DNA of 64,000 bases from an uncultured Candidatus Rokubacteria bacterium. Its GTDB lineage: Bacteria > Methylomirabilota > Methylomirabilia > Rokubacteriales > DASRDR01. Below are positions 29,326-44,629 of the stretch, piece after piece. The translations under genes and the position numbers were made by a program. The stretch's first letter is position 1, and every line of letters begins with the position of its first letter. The notes below the pieces were generated by a model, which was given only the letters and a program-made list of their open reading frames with translations, was not told the DNA's origin and did no database searches. The stretch lies in NCBI GenBank assembly GCA_963708025.1, contig CAVPSB010000010.1:32001-96000 (forward strand), given 5' to 3'.

Positions 29326-30477
29326 ATGGAGCTGGCCCAGGTTCTCCGCGAGGGCATGAACCGCGGCGCGTCGGATTTTCATCTCAAGCCCAAGCAGCAC
29401 GCGGTGCTTCGCATCCAGGGGAAGCTTCTCGCGATCGATTCCTGGCCGCCGATCGAGATGAAGGACCTCGACCAGATGGCCCAGGCGATGATGACGCCGG
29501 CCCAGCGGGACCGGTACGAGCGCGAAGGTGGCGTGGATGTCCAGTACAGCGTGGCCGGGGTCGGGCGCTTCCGGGCCAGCATCTGCAAGGCCCGCGGGAG
29601 CACCTCGATCGCCCTCCGCACGGTGCCGTACGAGCTGCCGAGCTTCGACGACCTGAACCTGCCCCCGGTGACGGCGAAGCTCTCCATGGAGCCCCGTGGC
29701 CTCGTCCTGGTGACCGGTCCGGCCGGCAGCGGCAAGACCACCACGCTGGCGGCGATGATCCACCACATGAACCAGCACCGCAACGACCACATCGTCACGA
29801 TCGAGGACCCGATCGAGTACCTGCACCAGGACAAGAACTGCATCATCACCCAGCGCGAGGTGGGGACCGACACCCCGACGTTCGCCGACGCGCTCCGGAT
29901 CTGTCTCCGGCAGGACCCCGACGTGATCATGGTGGGCGAGATGCGCGACGTCGAGACGATCCGGACCGTCCTCACGCTTGCCGAGACCGGGCACCTGGTG
30001 CTGTCCACCCTCCACACGATCACCGCGGCCGAGACGGTCAACCGCATCATCGCCGAGTTCCCGGGCGCCGCCGAGCGGCAGATCCGCGGCCAGCTCTCGC
30101 AGGTGCTGAAGGGCATCGTCTCCCAGCGCCTGATCGAGCGCGCCGACGGCTCGGGCCTCCTGCCGGCGGTCGAGGTGCTCGTCAGCACCACCACGATCCA
30201 GCGCTGCATCGAGGACCCGGTCCGCACGGCGCAGATCCCGCAGGCGATCGCCGAGGGCAAGGACATGTACGGGATGCAGACCTTCGACCAGTGCGTCCTC
30301 CAGCACTACCAGAAGGGGACGATCACCTACGAGGAGGCCCTCCGCGCGTCCAGCTCCCCGGCCGACTTCGAGGTCGAGGTCCAGCGGCTCTCCATGGGCT
30401 CGGTGGCGGAGGCCAAGCCGGCTGCCGCGGCGGCCCCCGCCGTCGGACGGGTGGGCGGTCGGCCTCCCGGCCGTTAG
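29326..30477 (+). CDS. pilT: PilT/PilU-family type IV pilus ATPase
   Basis: Motifs ASDFH, GPAGSGKTT, TIEDPIE, LRQDPD, GEMRD, TGHLV.STLH and GMQTFDQ. Confidence 0.92.
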   Translation: MELAQVLREGMNRGASDFHLKPKQHAVLRIQGKLLAIDSWPPIEMKDLDQMAQAMMTPAQRDRYEREGGVDVQYSVAGVGRFRASICKARGSTSIALRTVPYELPSFDDLNLPPVTAKLSMEPRGLVLVTGPAGSGKTTTLAAMIHHMNQHRNDHIVTIEDPIEYLHQDKNCIITQREVGTDTPTFADALRICLRQDPDVIMVGEMRDVETIRTVLTLAETGHLVLSTLHTITAAETVNRIIAEFPGAAERQIRGQLSQVLKGIVSQRLIERADGSGLLPAVEVLVSTTTIQRCIEDPVRTAQIPQAIAEGKDMYGMQTFDQCVLQHYQKGTITYEEALRASSSPADFEVEVQRLSMGSVAEAKPAAAAAPAVGRVGGRPPGR

Positions 30478-30710
30478 ACTTCCGAGATCCCCCCGATGCG
30501 TCCCCGGTCGCGGCAACGGCGAAGCCGCCGCTGACGCGCTTCCCGGCCCGCGTCGCACCGAGCGCGACTCCGCATCCTCCGACAAACCGGTCGCATTCCG
30601 GGCCGAGCCGTCTACAATTCCTGATAGAGTCCTTTGAAGTGCCATTGCGACGGCAGACGAGTCAGGGGCGGGGCCGAGGAGTGAGCAGCGCCCACAGGGA
30701 GGCGTAATGG

Positions 30711-30862
30711 ACGCAGGGAGTCGCCGACCGCAGGCGTACTCCGAGTACGCCGAGGATCGGCGACGACCGAGGACGACCAGAGGTGGGGACGGACGCCCCC
30801 AGGCCCAAGGCCGTCCGATCGACGCAGGCCGAGCGCGTCCCGACCGAGATGGACGTTGCGAC
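30711..30862. repeat. Palindromic intergenic repeat family A (copies near 40090-40230 inverted and 53752-53819)
   Basis: GACGCAGGGAGTCGCCGACCGCAGGCGTACTCCGAGTACGCCGAGGATCGGCGACGACCGAGGACGAC is identical at 30711 and 53752. The 3' part matches 40090-40165 on the reverse strand. Confidence 0.85.
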
Positions 30863-30931
30863 GCTCATCGGCCCCGCCCAGTAGAGCCACCGGCCGGGCC
30901 GAGGAATAGCCCGGCCCGGCCGTCAGCCGCC

Positions 30932-32380
30932 ATGTCCATGCCGATCGAGCGCATCTCGCCCTGGTCGTGGCGCATCCCGCCCGATGCCCGGCCCGGAATG
31001 CGGGTACCGGGCATCGTGTATGCCGACGACGAGCTGATGGCGCTGATCCGCCGCGACGCGTCCCTCGAGCAGGTGGCCAACGGCGCCACCCTCCCCGGCA
31101 TCGTGAAGGCGTCGATGGCGATGCCCGACATCCACCAGGGCTATGGCCTGCCGGTCGGGGGCGTCGTGGCGACCGACGCCCGCCACGGGGTGATCAGCCC
31201 CGGGGGCGTCGGCTACGACATCAACTGCGGGGTCCGTCTCCTGCGCACGCGGCTCGGCCGGGAGGACGTCGCCCCGCGGCTGGCCGGCCTCATGGACGCG
31301 CTGGCCGCCGCCGTCCCCTCGGGCGTCGGCTCGCGCGGGCGACTCCGGCTCTCCCCGCACGACGAGCGGCGCGGCGCCGTCCTGAAGGGCGCCCGCTGGG
31401 CGGTGGAGCAGGGATTCGGCGAGGCGGACGATCTCGCCCACATCGAATCTCACGGGACGATTCCGGGCGCGGATCCGGACGCGGTCTCGAGCAAGGCCTA
31501 CGAGCGGGGGCGGAGTCAGCTCGGCACGCTCGGCTCGGGCAACCACTTCCTCGAGGTGCAGGTCGTCGACGAGATCCGCGCGCCCGAAGTGGCGGGCGCG
31601 CTCGGGCTCGAGCTGGGCGTGGTCACGATCATGATCCACACGGGCTCCCGGGGCCTGGGCCACCAGGTCTGCACCGAGGCGCTGGTCAGCATGCAGCCGG
31701 CGATGCGCCGGTACGGCATCAGCCTGCCCGACCGGCAGCTCGCCTGCGCCCCGGTGGACTCGCCCGAGGCCCGGGCGTATCTCGGCGCCATGCGGGCGGC
31801 CGCCAACTTCGCCTTTGCCAACCGGCAGGTGCTGGCCCACTTCGCGCGCGAGGCCTTCGAGCAGGCGCTCGGCCTTCCGCCCCGCGACGTCGGGATGGCG
31901 CTCGTCTACGACGTGGCCCACAACATCGCCAAGGAGGAGGAGCACGAGCTGGACGGCCGGCGGCTCAAGGTGCTGGTGCACCGCAAGGGAGCGACCCGGG
32001 CGTTCCCGCCCGGCCACCCCGAGCTGCCCGAGGCCTACCGGGCGCTCGGTCAGCCGGTCCTCATCCCCGGGGACATGGGCCGGTACTCCTACGTGCTCGT
32101 CGGGACGCCGGGGTCGATGCGCGAGACCTTCGGCAGCACCTGCCACGGCGCCGGCCGGGTGCTGAGCCGGACCGCGGCGGTGAAGGCGGCCCGGGGACGC
32201 TCGATCGCCCAGGAGCTGGCCGCCCGGGGGATCGTGGCCCGGGCCGCCGGCCGGGAATCCCTCGCCGAGGAGATGTCCGAGGCGTACAAGGACGTCCGGA
32301 GCGTCGTCGAGGTGGTGGAGCGGGCCGGACTCTCGCGCATCGTCGCCCGCCTCCGCCCGCTCGGCGTCGTCAAGGGATGA
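30932..32380 (+). CDS. rtcB: RNA-splicing ligase RtcB
   Basis: Motifs MPDIHQGYG, GYDINCG, GSGNHFLE, HTGSRG, HN, HRKGAT, HGAGR and YKD. Confidence 0.96.
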   Translation: MSMPIERISPWSWRIPPDARPGMRVPGIVYADDELMALIRRDASLEQVANGATLPGIVKASMAMPDIHQGYGLPVGGVVATDARHGVISPGGVGYDINCGVRLLRTRLGREDVAPRLAGLMDALAAAVPSGVGSRGRLRLSPHDERRGAVLKGARWAVEQGFGEADDLAHIESHGTIPGADPDAVSSKAYERGRSQLGTLGSGNHFLEVQVVDEIRAPEVAGALGLELGVVTIMIHTGSRGLGHQVCTEALVSMQPAMRRYGISLPDRQLACAPVDSPEARAYLGAMRAAANFAFANRQVLAHFAREAFEQALGLPPRDVGMALVYDVAHNIAKEEEHELDGRRLKVLVHRKGATRAFPPGHPELPEAYRALGQPVLIPGDMGRYSYVLVGTPGSMRETFGSTCHGAGRVLSRTAAVKAARGRSIAQELAARGIVARAAGRESLAEEMSEAYKDVRSVVEVVERAGLSRIVARLRPLGVVKG

Positions 32381-32465
32381 GAGGCGCCTCCGACTCCCCC
32401 CTCCCCCCAGTGGGTGGGGGAGGGGGGTTGGGGGGGGTGGGTGGGAGGTCCCCAAAGACCACGCC

Positions 32466-32494
32466 TTGACCGCCCGCGTGCCGCCTGTTAGAGT
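32466..32494 (+). promoter_or_regulatory. Sigma70-like promoter
   Basis: TTGACC-N17-TAGAGT with a TG extension, just upstream of the radical SAM gene. Confidence 0.55.
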
Positions 32495-32506
32495 CAGGTG
32501 ATCCGT

Positions 32507-34237
32507 ATGTCGTGGAAACTCAAGGAAAAGATGGATCGGCTCCTCGGCCAGGAGGAGGGCGCCGTCCGCAAGGACTGGGGCGGCCGGGTCGCGTTCGCCC
32601 TGGTCTACCCCAACACCTACGCGGTCGGGATGTCGAACCTCGGCTTCCAGACCATCTACCGCCACCTGAACGCCCTGCCGGACGTCGTCTGCGAGCGGGT
32701 CTTCCTGCCCGATCCCGAGGACCTCCCGGAGTATCGGCGCACCGCCACGCCCCCCCTCTCGCTCGAGTCCAAGCGCCCGCTGTCCGACTTCGACCTCGTC
32801 GGCTTCTCGATCACCTACGAGGGCGACTACATCCACACGTTACGGCTCCTCCGGATGGCCGGGATCCCGCTCGACCCGGCGGCCCGGCGGCCCGAGGACC
32901 CGATCGTCTGCATGGGCGGCGTCTGCGCGTTCGCCAACCCGGAGCCGATCGCACCGTTCATGGATTTCGTGGTGGTGGGCGAAGGCGAGGAGATCGTTGG
33001 CGAGATCGTGGCCGCCTATCGCGAGAGCTTCGGCGGCACGACGTGGACCGAGCGCCGTCGCGAGGCGCTCTGGGACCGCCTCCAGCCGATCCCCGGGATC
33101 TACCTGCCGAACCGGTACGCGGTGGAGTACCGCGGGGACGGCACGATCGCGTCGGTGCGCCCGACCCACGGGGGCCCGGCGGTCGTCGTCAAGCGTCGGC
33201 TCAAGCAGGTGGACGACTTCCAGACCGTGTCGCTCCTCCGCACGCCCAACGCCGAGTACGGACACCTGGCGCTCCTGGAGGTGGGCAAGGGCTGCGGGCG
33301 CGGCTGCCGCTTCTGCCTGGAGGGCGAGATCTACCGTCCGGTCCGCCACCGAAGCCTCGAGGCGCTCCGGGCGTCGGTGAAGGAGATCGCGCAGCACAGC
33401 AAGCGCGTGGGACTCGTCGGCGCCTGCGTGTCGGACTACCCGTGGATCGGCGGGCTCCTCCAGATCATCGAGGAGGAAGGGCTCGAGCTGTCGATCTCCT
33501 CGCTCCGCGCCGACAGCCTCACCGAGGACCTGGTGGCGTCGCTCCAGCGCGGCGGCCACCGGACGCTCACGATCGCGCCCGAGGCGGGCACCGAGCGCCT
33601 GCGCCGGGTGATCCGCAAGAACATCTCCGACGAGCAGCTCTATGCCGCCTGCGCGCTGGTGCGCGCTCACGGCATCCCGAACCTCAAGTGCTACTTCATG
33701 ATCGGGCAGCCGACCGAGACGGACACGGACGTCCAGGCGATCCCCGACCTGGCCATCCGGCTGCTGGAGCGGCTCCGGACACCCTCCAAGGACGGCCAGC
33801 CCTTCGGGCGCCTCACGCTGTCGGTCAGCTCCTACGTCCCCAAGCCGTGGACGCCGTTCCAGTGGGAGCCCTTCGACCGGACCGCCGCGCTGGAGACCAA
33901 GCTCCAGACGATCAAGGCCGGCGTCCGGCGCCACTCGAACGTCCGCGTGCTCCACGAGAATCCGCGCGAGGCGTTCCTGCAGGCGCTGCTGGCTCGCGGG
34001 GACCGGCGGGTGGCCGGCTTGCTCGAGCGGGCGGCCGAGCTGGAGGGGGACTGGCGGACGGCGCTCCGGGAGTGGGACGGTGACGCCGAGTTCTACACGC
34101 ATCGGCGGCGTCCGCTCGACGAGACGCTTCCCTGGGATCACTTCGAGGTGGGCGTGAAGAAGACGGGCCTCGTGCGGGAGCACGAGCGGGCCGGGCTGGC
34201 GCCGGTGGTGGGAGCGTCGGCGCCGGCTCAGGGGTGA
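32507..34237 (+). CDS. Radical SAM protein (TIGR03960/YgiQ-like, B12-binding-like N-terminus)
   Basis: YPNTYAVGMSNLG, CGRGCRFC (CxxxCxxC), APEAG, YFMIG and PKPWTPFQ. Confidence 0.9.
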   Translation: MSWKLKEKMDRLLGQEEGAVRKDWGGRVAFALVYPNTYAVGMSNLGFQTIYRHLNALPDVVCERVFLPDPEDLPEYRRTATPPLSLESKRPLSDFDLVGFSITYEGDYIHTLRLLRMAGIPLDPAARRPEDPIVCMGGVCAFANPEPIAPFMDFVVVGEGEEIVGEIVAAYRESFGGTTWTERRREALWDRLQPIPGIYLPNRYAVEYRGDGTIASVRPTHGGPAVVVKRRLKQVDDFQTVSLLRTPNAEYGHLALLEVGKGCGRGCRFCLEGEIYRPVRHRSLEALRASVKEIAQHSKRVGLVGACVSDYPWIGGLLQIIEEEGLELSISSLRADSLTEDLVASLQRGGHRTLTIAPEAGTERLRRVIRKNISDEQLYAACALVRAHGIPNLKCYFMIGQPTETDTDVQAIPDLAIRLLERLRTPSKDGQPFGRLTLSVSSYVPKPWTPFQWEPFDRTAALETKLQTIKAGVRRHSNVRVLHENPREAFLQALLARGDRRVAGLLERAAELEGDWRTALREWDGDAEFYTHRRRPLDETLPWDHFEVGVKKTGLVREHERAGLAPVVGASAPAQG

Positions 34238-34248
34238 CAGGAGGGGAC

Positions 34249-34983
34249 ATGAGCTACGACGCCAAGGCAGCTCCCCGCGAGCACGCGATCGATGTCCGGG
34301 AGAAGGGCGCGCCGCGGGACGGCGTCCCGCAGACCTCCGACCGGCGGCTGTTCGTGCAGTTCCTGGCCTTCGGTGACTGCGATGACGCCGGCGCGGTCGC
34401 ACGGGTTTTGGAGGGCGCCGGCCTGGCCGCGGCCGTCTACGCCGACCTTCACGACCCTCGGGGGATTGGCGTGGTGATCATGGACGAGAGCCCCGACACC
34501 TTCGTCACCGGGGCGCGGGAGGTGTTCCTAAAGCCCCCGCTCGCCGCGCTCCGCCTGAAGCCCGAGCACGCGCTCCTGGGCCGGACGTACGGCACGGGTT
34601 TCGAGCCGAACCTGGAGGACTGGCTGCTGCACCGCCCCCGGCGCGTGATCCAGGGCGAAGCCGCCCGCTGGGCGGTCTGGTACCCGCTACGGCGGCAGGG
34701 GGCCTTCGCCAGTCTGACCCCGGAGGAGCAGGGCGCGATCCTCCGCGAGCACGGACGGATCGGGCACACCTTCGGGGACGCCGGGCTGGTCCAGGACATC
34801 CGCCTGGCCTGCTTCGGGCTGGACAAAGACGACAACGACTTCGTCATCGGGCTCCTCGGGCGGGAGCTCCACCCGCTATCGGCGTGCATCCAGGCCATGC
34901 GCGGGACCCGCCAGACCTCCCAGTACATGCAGCACATGGGCCCCTTCTTCATCGGGCGCACGATCTGGCAAAGCCCCCTGTAG
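34249..34983 (+). CDS. Chlorite dismutase/coproheme decarboxylase (ChdC/HemQ) family protein
   Basis: WYPLRR, EHGRIG, RLACFGLDKDDNDF and GPFFIG. Confidence 0.85.
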   Translation: MSYDAKAAPREHAIDVREKGAPRDGVPQTSDRRLFVQFLAFGDCDDAGAVARVLEGAGLAAAVYADLHDPRGIGVVIMDESPDTFVTGAREVFLKPPLAALRLKPEHALLGRTYGTGFEPNLEDWLLHRPRRVIQGEAARWAVWYPLRRQGAFASLTPEEQGAILREHGRIGHTFGDAGLVQDIRLACFGLDKDDNDFVIGLLGRELHPLSACIQAMRGTRQTSQYMQHMGPFFIGRTIWQSPL

Positions 34984-35015
34984 CGACCGGGAAAGGGGAG
35001 GGCGCCCGGTAGCTC

Positions 35016-36060
35016 ATGGCCAGCACGCGGGCGCCGCTGGCGCGCTTCGAGACGGCGTCGGGGGCGCGGATCTACCGGATTCCCGTCGAGACCTTCCCGG
35101 GGCACATCAACAACCTCTACCTGATCCTCGACCGGGGCGTGACGAGCCTGGTCGATGTCGGCTCCGGACTGCCGCAGTCGGTCGAGGACCTCCAGGGTGG
35201 CTTCGACGCCCTCCGGACCCACTTCGGGGAGCGGGTCCGGCTGGAAGGGGTCCAGCACGTCGTCATCACTCATTCCCACATCGACCACTTCGGCCACGTC
35301 GGCTGGTTCCAGGCGCACACCGGCGCCCACATCTACATCCACGAGCTGGACGCCCGGGTCCTCCAGAACTTCGAGGAGCGGATCGTCATGGCGTCCAAGG
35401 ACGTCCGCGTCTTCCTCGAGCGCTCTGGTCTCGAGCCGGCCGCCCGCGAGGAGCTCGAGGAGATGTACCGGGTGGGGAAGAGCTTCTTCAAGTCGGTCCG
35501 GCTGGACCGCAAGCTCAAGGACGGGGACGAGATCGGTCCCGGCTACCGTGTCCACCACGTGCCCGGACACTGCCCCGGGCAGATCTGCCTTCAGGTCGAG
35601 GATGTCCTGTTCACGGCCGACCACGTGCTGCCCCGGATCACCCCGCACCAGTCGCCGGCGGCGATCACACCCTTCTGCGGGCTGGAGCTCTACCTCCAGT
35701 CGCTGGAGAAGATCCGGCGGCTGCCAGGGATCCGGCTGGCCCTGCCCGGCCACGAGGAGGAGATCGGGGACCTGGCGGCCCGGATCGACGCCATCGCTGC
35801 CCACCACCGTGAGCGGCTCCAGCAGGTCCTCGCGATCTGCGTCGAGCCGCGGTCGCTGCTGGACGTCAGCCGGGCGCTCTTCGGAGAGCGGAGCGGGTAC
35901 ACGCGTCTCCTCGCCCTCGAGGAGGCCGGGGCCCACGTCGAGTATCTCTTCCAGCGCGGCGAGCTCGGGATCGCCAACCTCGACGAGGTGGCCGCCCAGC
36001 CCAACCCGGTCGTCCTCTACCGTCGCCCCCGGGCGGCGTACCCCGGGAAGAGTGAGGAGC
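35016..36060 (+). CDS. MBL-fold metallo-hydrolase (3' end uncertain; the track ORF runs to 36428, probably through an indel)
   Basis: THSHIDHFG, PGHCPG, DHVL and PGH. The domain ends near NPVVLYR. Confidence 0.85.
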
Positions 36061-36072
36061 AAGGAGGCCATC

Positions 36073-36474
36073 GTGACGGAACCGCGAAGGCTGCTCGGGT
36101 GGCCGATGCTGGTCGCGCTGGTGGCCCTGGTGGCAGCGGGGTGCATCGGACTCACGCGCGGCGACTACTGGACAGGGATCAGCACGGGCGATCTCGGGCC
36201 GTGCCCGTCGTTCGACTTCGAGCTCGTCGTCGAAAACGACAAGGTCAGCGGGTCGGCGACGTCGGAGTTCGACTGGGGCACGGCGCTGTGGGAGGTGCGC
36301 GGCCTGGTCGGGCCCGACCGACGGGTCACGCTCCAGGCCAAGACGGGGGATCCCCGGGTCTCCCCGCCGACCCTGACGTGGACCGGGACCTACAATGTCC
36401 TGCTGTGGGACGTTACCCTGACGCCTGACTCGAGGTGTCCGAAGCCCCGGGTGGCCCGGCTCCAGCGCCGGTAA
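36073..36474 (+). CDS. Putative lipoprotein
   Basis: AAGGAGG RBS and GTG start; lipobox-like VAAG|C. Confidence 0.7.
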   Translation: MTEPRRLLGWPMLVALVALVAAGCIGLTRGDYWTGISTGDLGPCPSFDFELVVENDKVSGSATSEFDWGTALWEVRGLVGPDRRVTLQAKTGDPRVSPPTLTWTGTYNVLLWDVTLTPDSRCPKPRVARLQRR

Positions 36475-36623
36475 CGGCTACCAGACCGGGCGGCGGCGGT
36501 GCTCATAACCTTGCTTTGCTCAAGGGCTTTGGGTACGATGAAAGCTCGGATGCGTCCGGTCCCGGCGCGGTCCGTTCCTGCCTGCCGTGCCCGCCCGGAT
36601 GACCTCGCAGGGGGAGCAGAGCC

Positions 36624-37148
36624 ATGACGGAATTCGAGGACGAGTACTCGGCCGGCCTGGAAGGTGAGTTCCGGGAGCTGGGTGGGGCGCTCCTGAGCGA
36701 CACGATCAATACACTGTCCCCGAACGAGCCGGTCTGCCTGAAGGAGACGACCAGCGTCCACGACGCTGTCACCCGCATGCTGGCGGCTCGGCAGCCCGGT
36801 GTCCTGGTCATCGGAGGCGACGGCCGGCTGACCGGCATCTTCACCGAGCGCGACCTGTTGACCCGGGTGGTGGGGCGCGACCTGGATCCCGGGACGACGC
36901 CCCTGGCCGCGGTCATGACGCGGGACCCGGAGGCTCTGACCCCGCGCGACCGGGTCTGCTACGCCGTGAACCGGATGAGCGTGGCCGGGTACCGGACCAT
37001 CCCCCTGGTGGACGAGGCCCATCGCCCGGTCGGCATCGTGACCGTGCACGACTTCATCAAGTGGCTGGCTCACCTGTTCCCAGAGGCCGTCCTGAACATG
37101 AGGCCGGGGGACGTCATCAAGCATCCCCTCGAAGTGGACGCGGGATAG
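36624..37148 (+). CDS. CBS-domain protein
   Basis: GIFTERD, VMTRDP, IPLVD and GIVTVHD. Confidence 0.9.
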   Translation: MTEFEDEYSAGLEGEFRELGGALLSDTINTLSPNEPVCLKETTSVHDAVTRMLAARQPGVLVIGGDGRLTGIFTERDLLTRVVGRDLDPGTTPLAAVMTRDPEALTPRDRVCYAVNRMSVAGYRTIPLVDEAHRPVGIVTVHDFIKWLAHLFPEAVLNMRPGDVIKHPLEVDAG

Positions 37149-37167
37149 CTGGAGGAGATGAGCCTTC

Positions 37168-40067
<2,900 letters not shown>

Positions 40068-40396
40068 GTCGGGCCGATAACCTTCGCAGTGGTCATCTCG
40101 GTCGTGACGCGCTCGGCCTACGGCCTCGCGTCCGTCCCGACCTTTTGGCGTCCTCGGTCGTCGCCGGACCTCCCGCAAGGGAGAGACGTCCCGAGGGCCG
40201 CAGGCCCGAAGCGTCGCGACCAGATGGACGTATGCGGCATACGGTTCGGCCCGCCTCCTCCCTGCGTCGATTGGACGGCCTTCGGCCTGTGGGGGCTGCT
40301 CGGTTCTCGGCCCGACCTGCGGCTGTCGGGCATCCCGGATGCCGGCAAGTATCGCTATCGATGACCGCCTGAAGCCAGAGCCGCCCCGGAGCCGCC

Positions 40397-41832
<1,436 letters not shown>

Positions 41833-41836
<4 letters not shown>

Positions 41837-43140
41837 GCGACGTCGCCGCCGGCCTGGTGGCGATCGTCGGGCCGTCGCACGTGGCGACGGGCGATGCGGC
41901 GGCGGCCTTCGCGATCGATGGCCGCGCGCCGCGCTGGGCCGTGGCTCCCGGCACCGCCGAGGAGGTGAGCCGCTGCCTGGCGCTCGCCGCCGCGCGCGGC
42001 CTGGCGGTGGCGCCGGCCGGGAGGAGGACCCGGCCCGGCTGGGGCGGGACCCCGCGGGCGCTCGACCTCGTGCTCTCGGTTCGCCGCCTGGACCGGATCC
42101 TCGCTCACGAGCCGGCCGACCTGACGATGTCACTCGAGGCCGGCGTGACGCTCGGCGCCATCGCCACCCACCTGGCCCCCCACCGCCAGCTCTTTCCGCT
42201 CGACCCGCCCCGGGCCGCCGGCTCGACGGTGGGCGGCATCATCGCCACCGCCGCCAGCGGTCCCTGGCGCGCCCGCTACGGAACGATCCGGGACCTCCTC
42301 CTCGGCGTGACCGTCGCGCGGGCCGACGGCACCCTCGTCAAGGGCGGGGGCCGGGTCGTGAAGAACGCGACCGGCTACGACATGCCGAAGCTCCACGTCG
42401 GTGCGCTCGGCACGCTGGGCGTCATCGTGGCCGCGCATCTCCGCCTCCATCCCCGGCCGGCGGAGGAGACGAGCTGGCTCTTCGGGTTCGGCGGACCGGA
42501 GGCCGCCCTCGAGGCGGCCCTCGGCGTCATGGACGCGCCGGTCGTGGTGAGCCGGCTCCAGCTCCTCGACGCGGCGACGCTCGCCTGGCTCGGCCACCCG
42601 TCCCCGGCCGCGGCCGCGCTGGCGGTGACGGTCGGAAGCGTGCCCGAAGGCGTGCAGGCCCAGGGGTCACGGATCGCGGAGATCTGCGGGCGCGGCGGGG
42701 CGCGACCGGAGCCGGTGCGGGAGCCGGAGGCCTGGTGGGCGCGCGTGAGCGAGGCGAGCTGGCCGGTGACCGGCCAGGCGACGCTCACGCTGCGGGTCGG
42801 CGCCCGGCCCACCGACGTGGTGAAGGCGCTCCACGCCGCCGAGGCGGCCGGGCGGGGCACGGTGGCGGTCCGCGCCACCGCGGAGGTCGGGAACGGAGTG
42901 CTCCACCTCACCCTCACCGGGACCGGGCTGGCGGACGCGGGCAGCCTGCTCGGTCGCGTGCGCGAGGGCCTGGCCCCCCTCGGGGCCACGTGCGTGGTCG
43001 AGCACGCGCCGCTCGCCGCCAAGCCGGGACTGGACGTCTGGGGCGACGTGGGCCCGGCCCTCGAGTCGATGCGCCGGCTGAAGGCCGAGATGGACCCGAA
43101 CGGAATCCTGAACCCCGGCCGCTTCGTAGGAGGCATCTGA
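41833..43140 (+). CDS. glcE: Glycolate oxidase FAD-binding subunit GlcE
   Basis: HEPADLT, GGRVVKNATGYD, GTLGVI and DP.GILNPGRF. Confidence 0.9.
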
Positions 43141-43142
43141 GG

Positions 43143-44453
43143 GTGGGCGAGCTGGTCACTCACGCCGGGCACGCGCCGCCCCAGGGGGCCTTCGACACGA
43201 TCGACCCGCCGGACTGGGAGGCGATCCTCGACTGCGTCCACTGCGGCATCTGCTTGCCGGCGTGTCCGACCTACCGCGTCCTCGGCCAGGAGATGGACTC
43301 CCCGCGCGGCCGCCTCTACCTGATGCGGGCGGCCGCCGAGGGCCGCATCGGGCTCAGCGAGAACTTCGTCCTCCACATGGATCGCTGTCTCGGCTGCCGG
43401 GGCTGCGAGACAGCGTGCCCGTCCGGGGTCCCGTTCGGCCGCCTCCTGGAGGAGGTGCGCGGTCAGATCGAGCGGAAGGTGCCCCGCCCGCGATCGCGGC
43501 GCCTCCTCGGCCGCCTGATCCTCGGCACGTTTCCCGACCGGCGGCGCCTGGCGCTCGCGCTCGGTGTGCTGCGGCTCTACCAGCGGTCGGGCCTCCAGAC
43601 GCTGGTTCGCGGGATCGGGGTCCTTCGCCCGTTCCCCCGGCTGGCGGCGATGGAGCGGCTGCTGCCCGCGCTCGGCCCCCCGGCCCGCGAGCGCATGCCC
43701 GCGCGGCTGGAGCCGCCCGGGCCGTCGCGGGGGACGGTGGCACTGCTCACGGGGTGCGTCCAGGCGCAGCTGTTCCCGGAGGTGAACGAGGCCACCGCCC
43801 GGCTCCTGGCCCGGGCGGGGTACACGGTGCTGAACCCGGCCGGTCAGGGCTGCTGCGGCGCCCTCCACCTTCACTGGGGCGACCGGGAGCCGGCGCGGCG
43901 GCTCGCCCGCGCGAACCTCGCCGCGTTCGCCGGCAGCGACTGGGTCGTGACCAACGCCGCCGGGTGCGGGACCGCGCTTCGCGACTACGGCCACCTGCTC
44001 GCCGGGGATCCGGCGGCTTCCGCCTTCGCGGAGCGGGTGCGGGACGTCTCGGAGCTGCTGGCGGCGGCTCTGCCCGGGCCACGGCAGCCGCTGCCGCTGA
44101 CCGTGACCTACCACGAGCCTTGCCACCTCGCCCACGGCCAGCGGGTGCGCGAAGCGCCGCGGGCGCTCCTGCGCGCCATCCCGGGGCTCCGCCTGATCGA
44201 GCTCCCGGAATCGGATCTGTGCTGCGGCTCGGCCGGCGTCTACAATCTGCTCGAGCCGGAGATCGCGGGGCGGCTCCTCGCGCGGAAGCTCGACCGGATC
44301 GCCGCGACGGGCGCCGAGGTGGTCGTGAGCGGGAACCCCGGGTGTCTCCTCCAGCTCCGGCAAGGACTGGCCGAGCGGGGCCTCGCGATCCGGGCGCATC
44401 ATCCGATCGAGCTCCTCGCCTGGTCGGTCGAGGGACGAGTCGAGAGACCGTGA
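43143..44453 (+). CDS. glcF: Glycolate oxidase Fe-S subunit GlcF
   Basis: CVHCGICLPACP, CLGCRGCETACP and two CCG domains. Confidence 0.92.
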   Translation: MGELVTHAGHAPPQGAFDTIDPPDWEAILDCVHCGICLPACPTYRVLGQEMDSPRGRLYLMRAAAEGRIGLSENFVLHMDRCLGCRGCETACPSGVPFGRLLEEVRGQIERKVPRPRSRRLLGRLILGTFPDRRRLALALGVLRLYQRSGLQTLVRGIGVLRPFPRLAAMERLLPALGPPARERMPARLEPPGPSRGTVALLTGCVQAQLFPEVNEATARLLARAGYTVLNPAGQGCCGALHLHWGDREPARRLARANLAAFAGSDWVVTNAAGCGTALRDYGHLLAGDPAASAFAERVRDVSELLAAALPGPRQPLPLTVTYHEPCHLAHGQRVREAPRALLRAIPGLRLIELPESDLCCGSAGVYNLLEPEIAGRLLARKLDRIAATGAEVVVSGNPGCLLQLRQGLAERGLAIRAHHPIELLAWSVEGRVERP

Positions 44454-44629
44454 CGGAATCGACCGTGAAGCGCGAGCGGCGGACGATCCGGAGGGGGGGG
44501 CCGGGGGAGGAGCGCAGCTCCCCCCGGCCCGCTTGACGTGAGACCGTGGAGAATCGGTTGCTCCGGCCCCCCCCTCCCCCCCGGTGGGTGGGGGAGGGGG
44601 GTTGGGGGGGCGGGCGGGAGGTCGCGAAC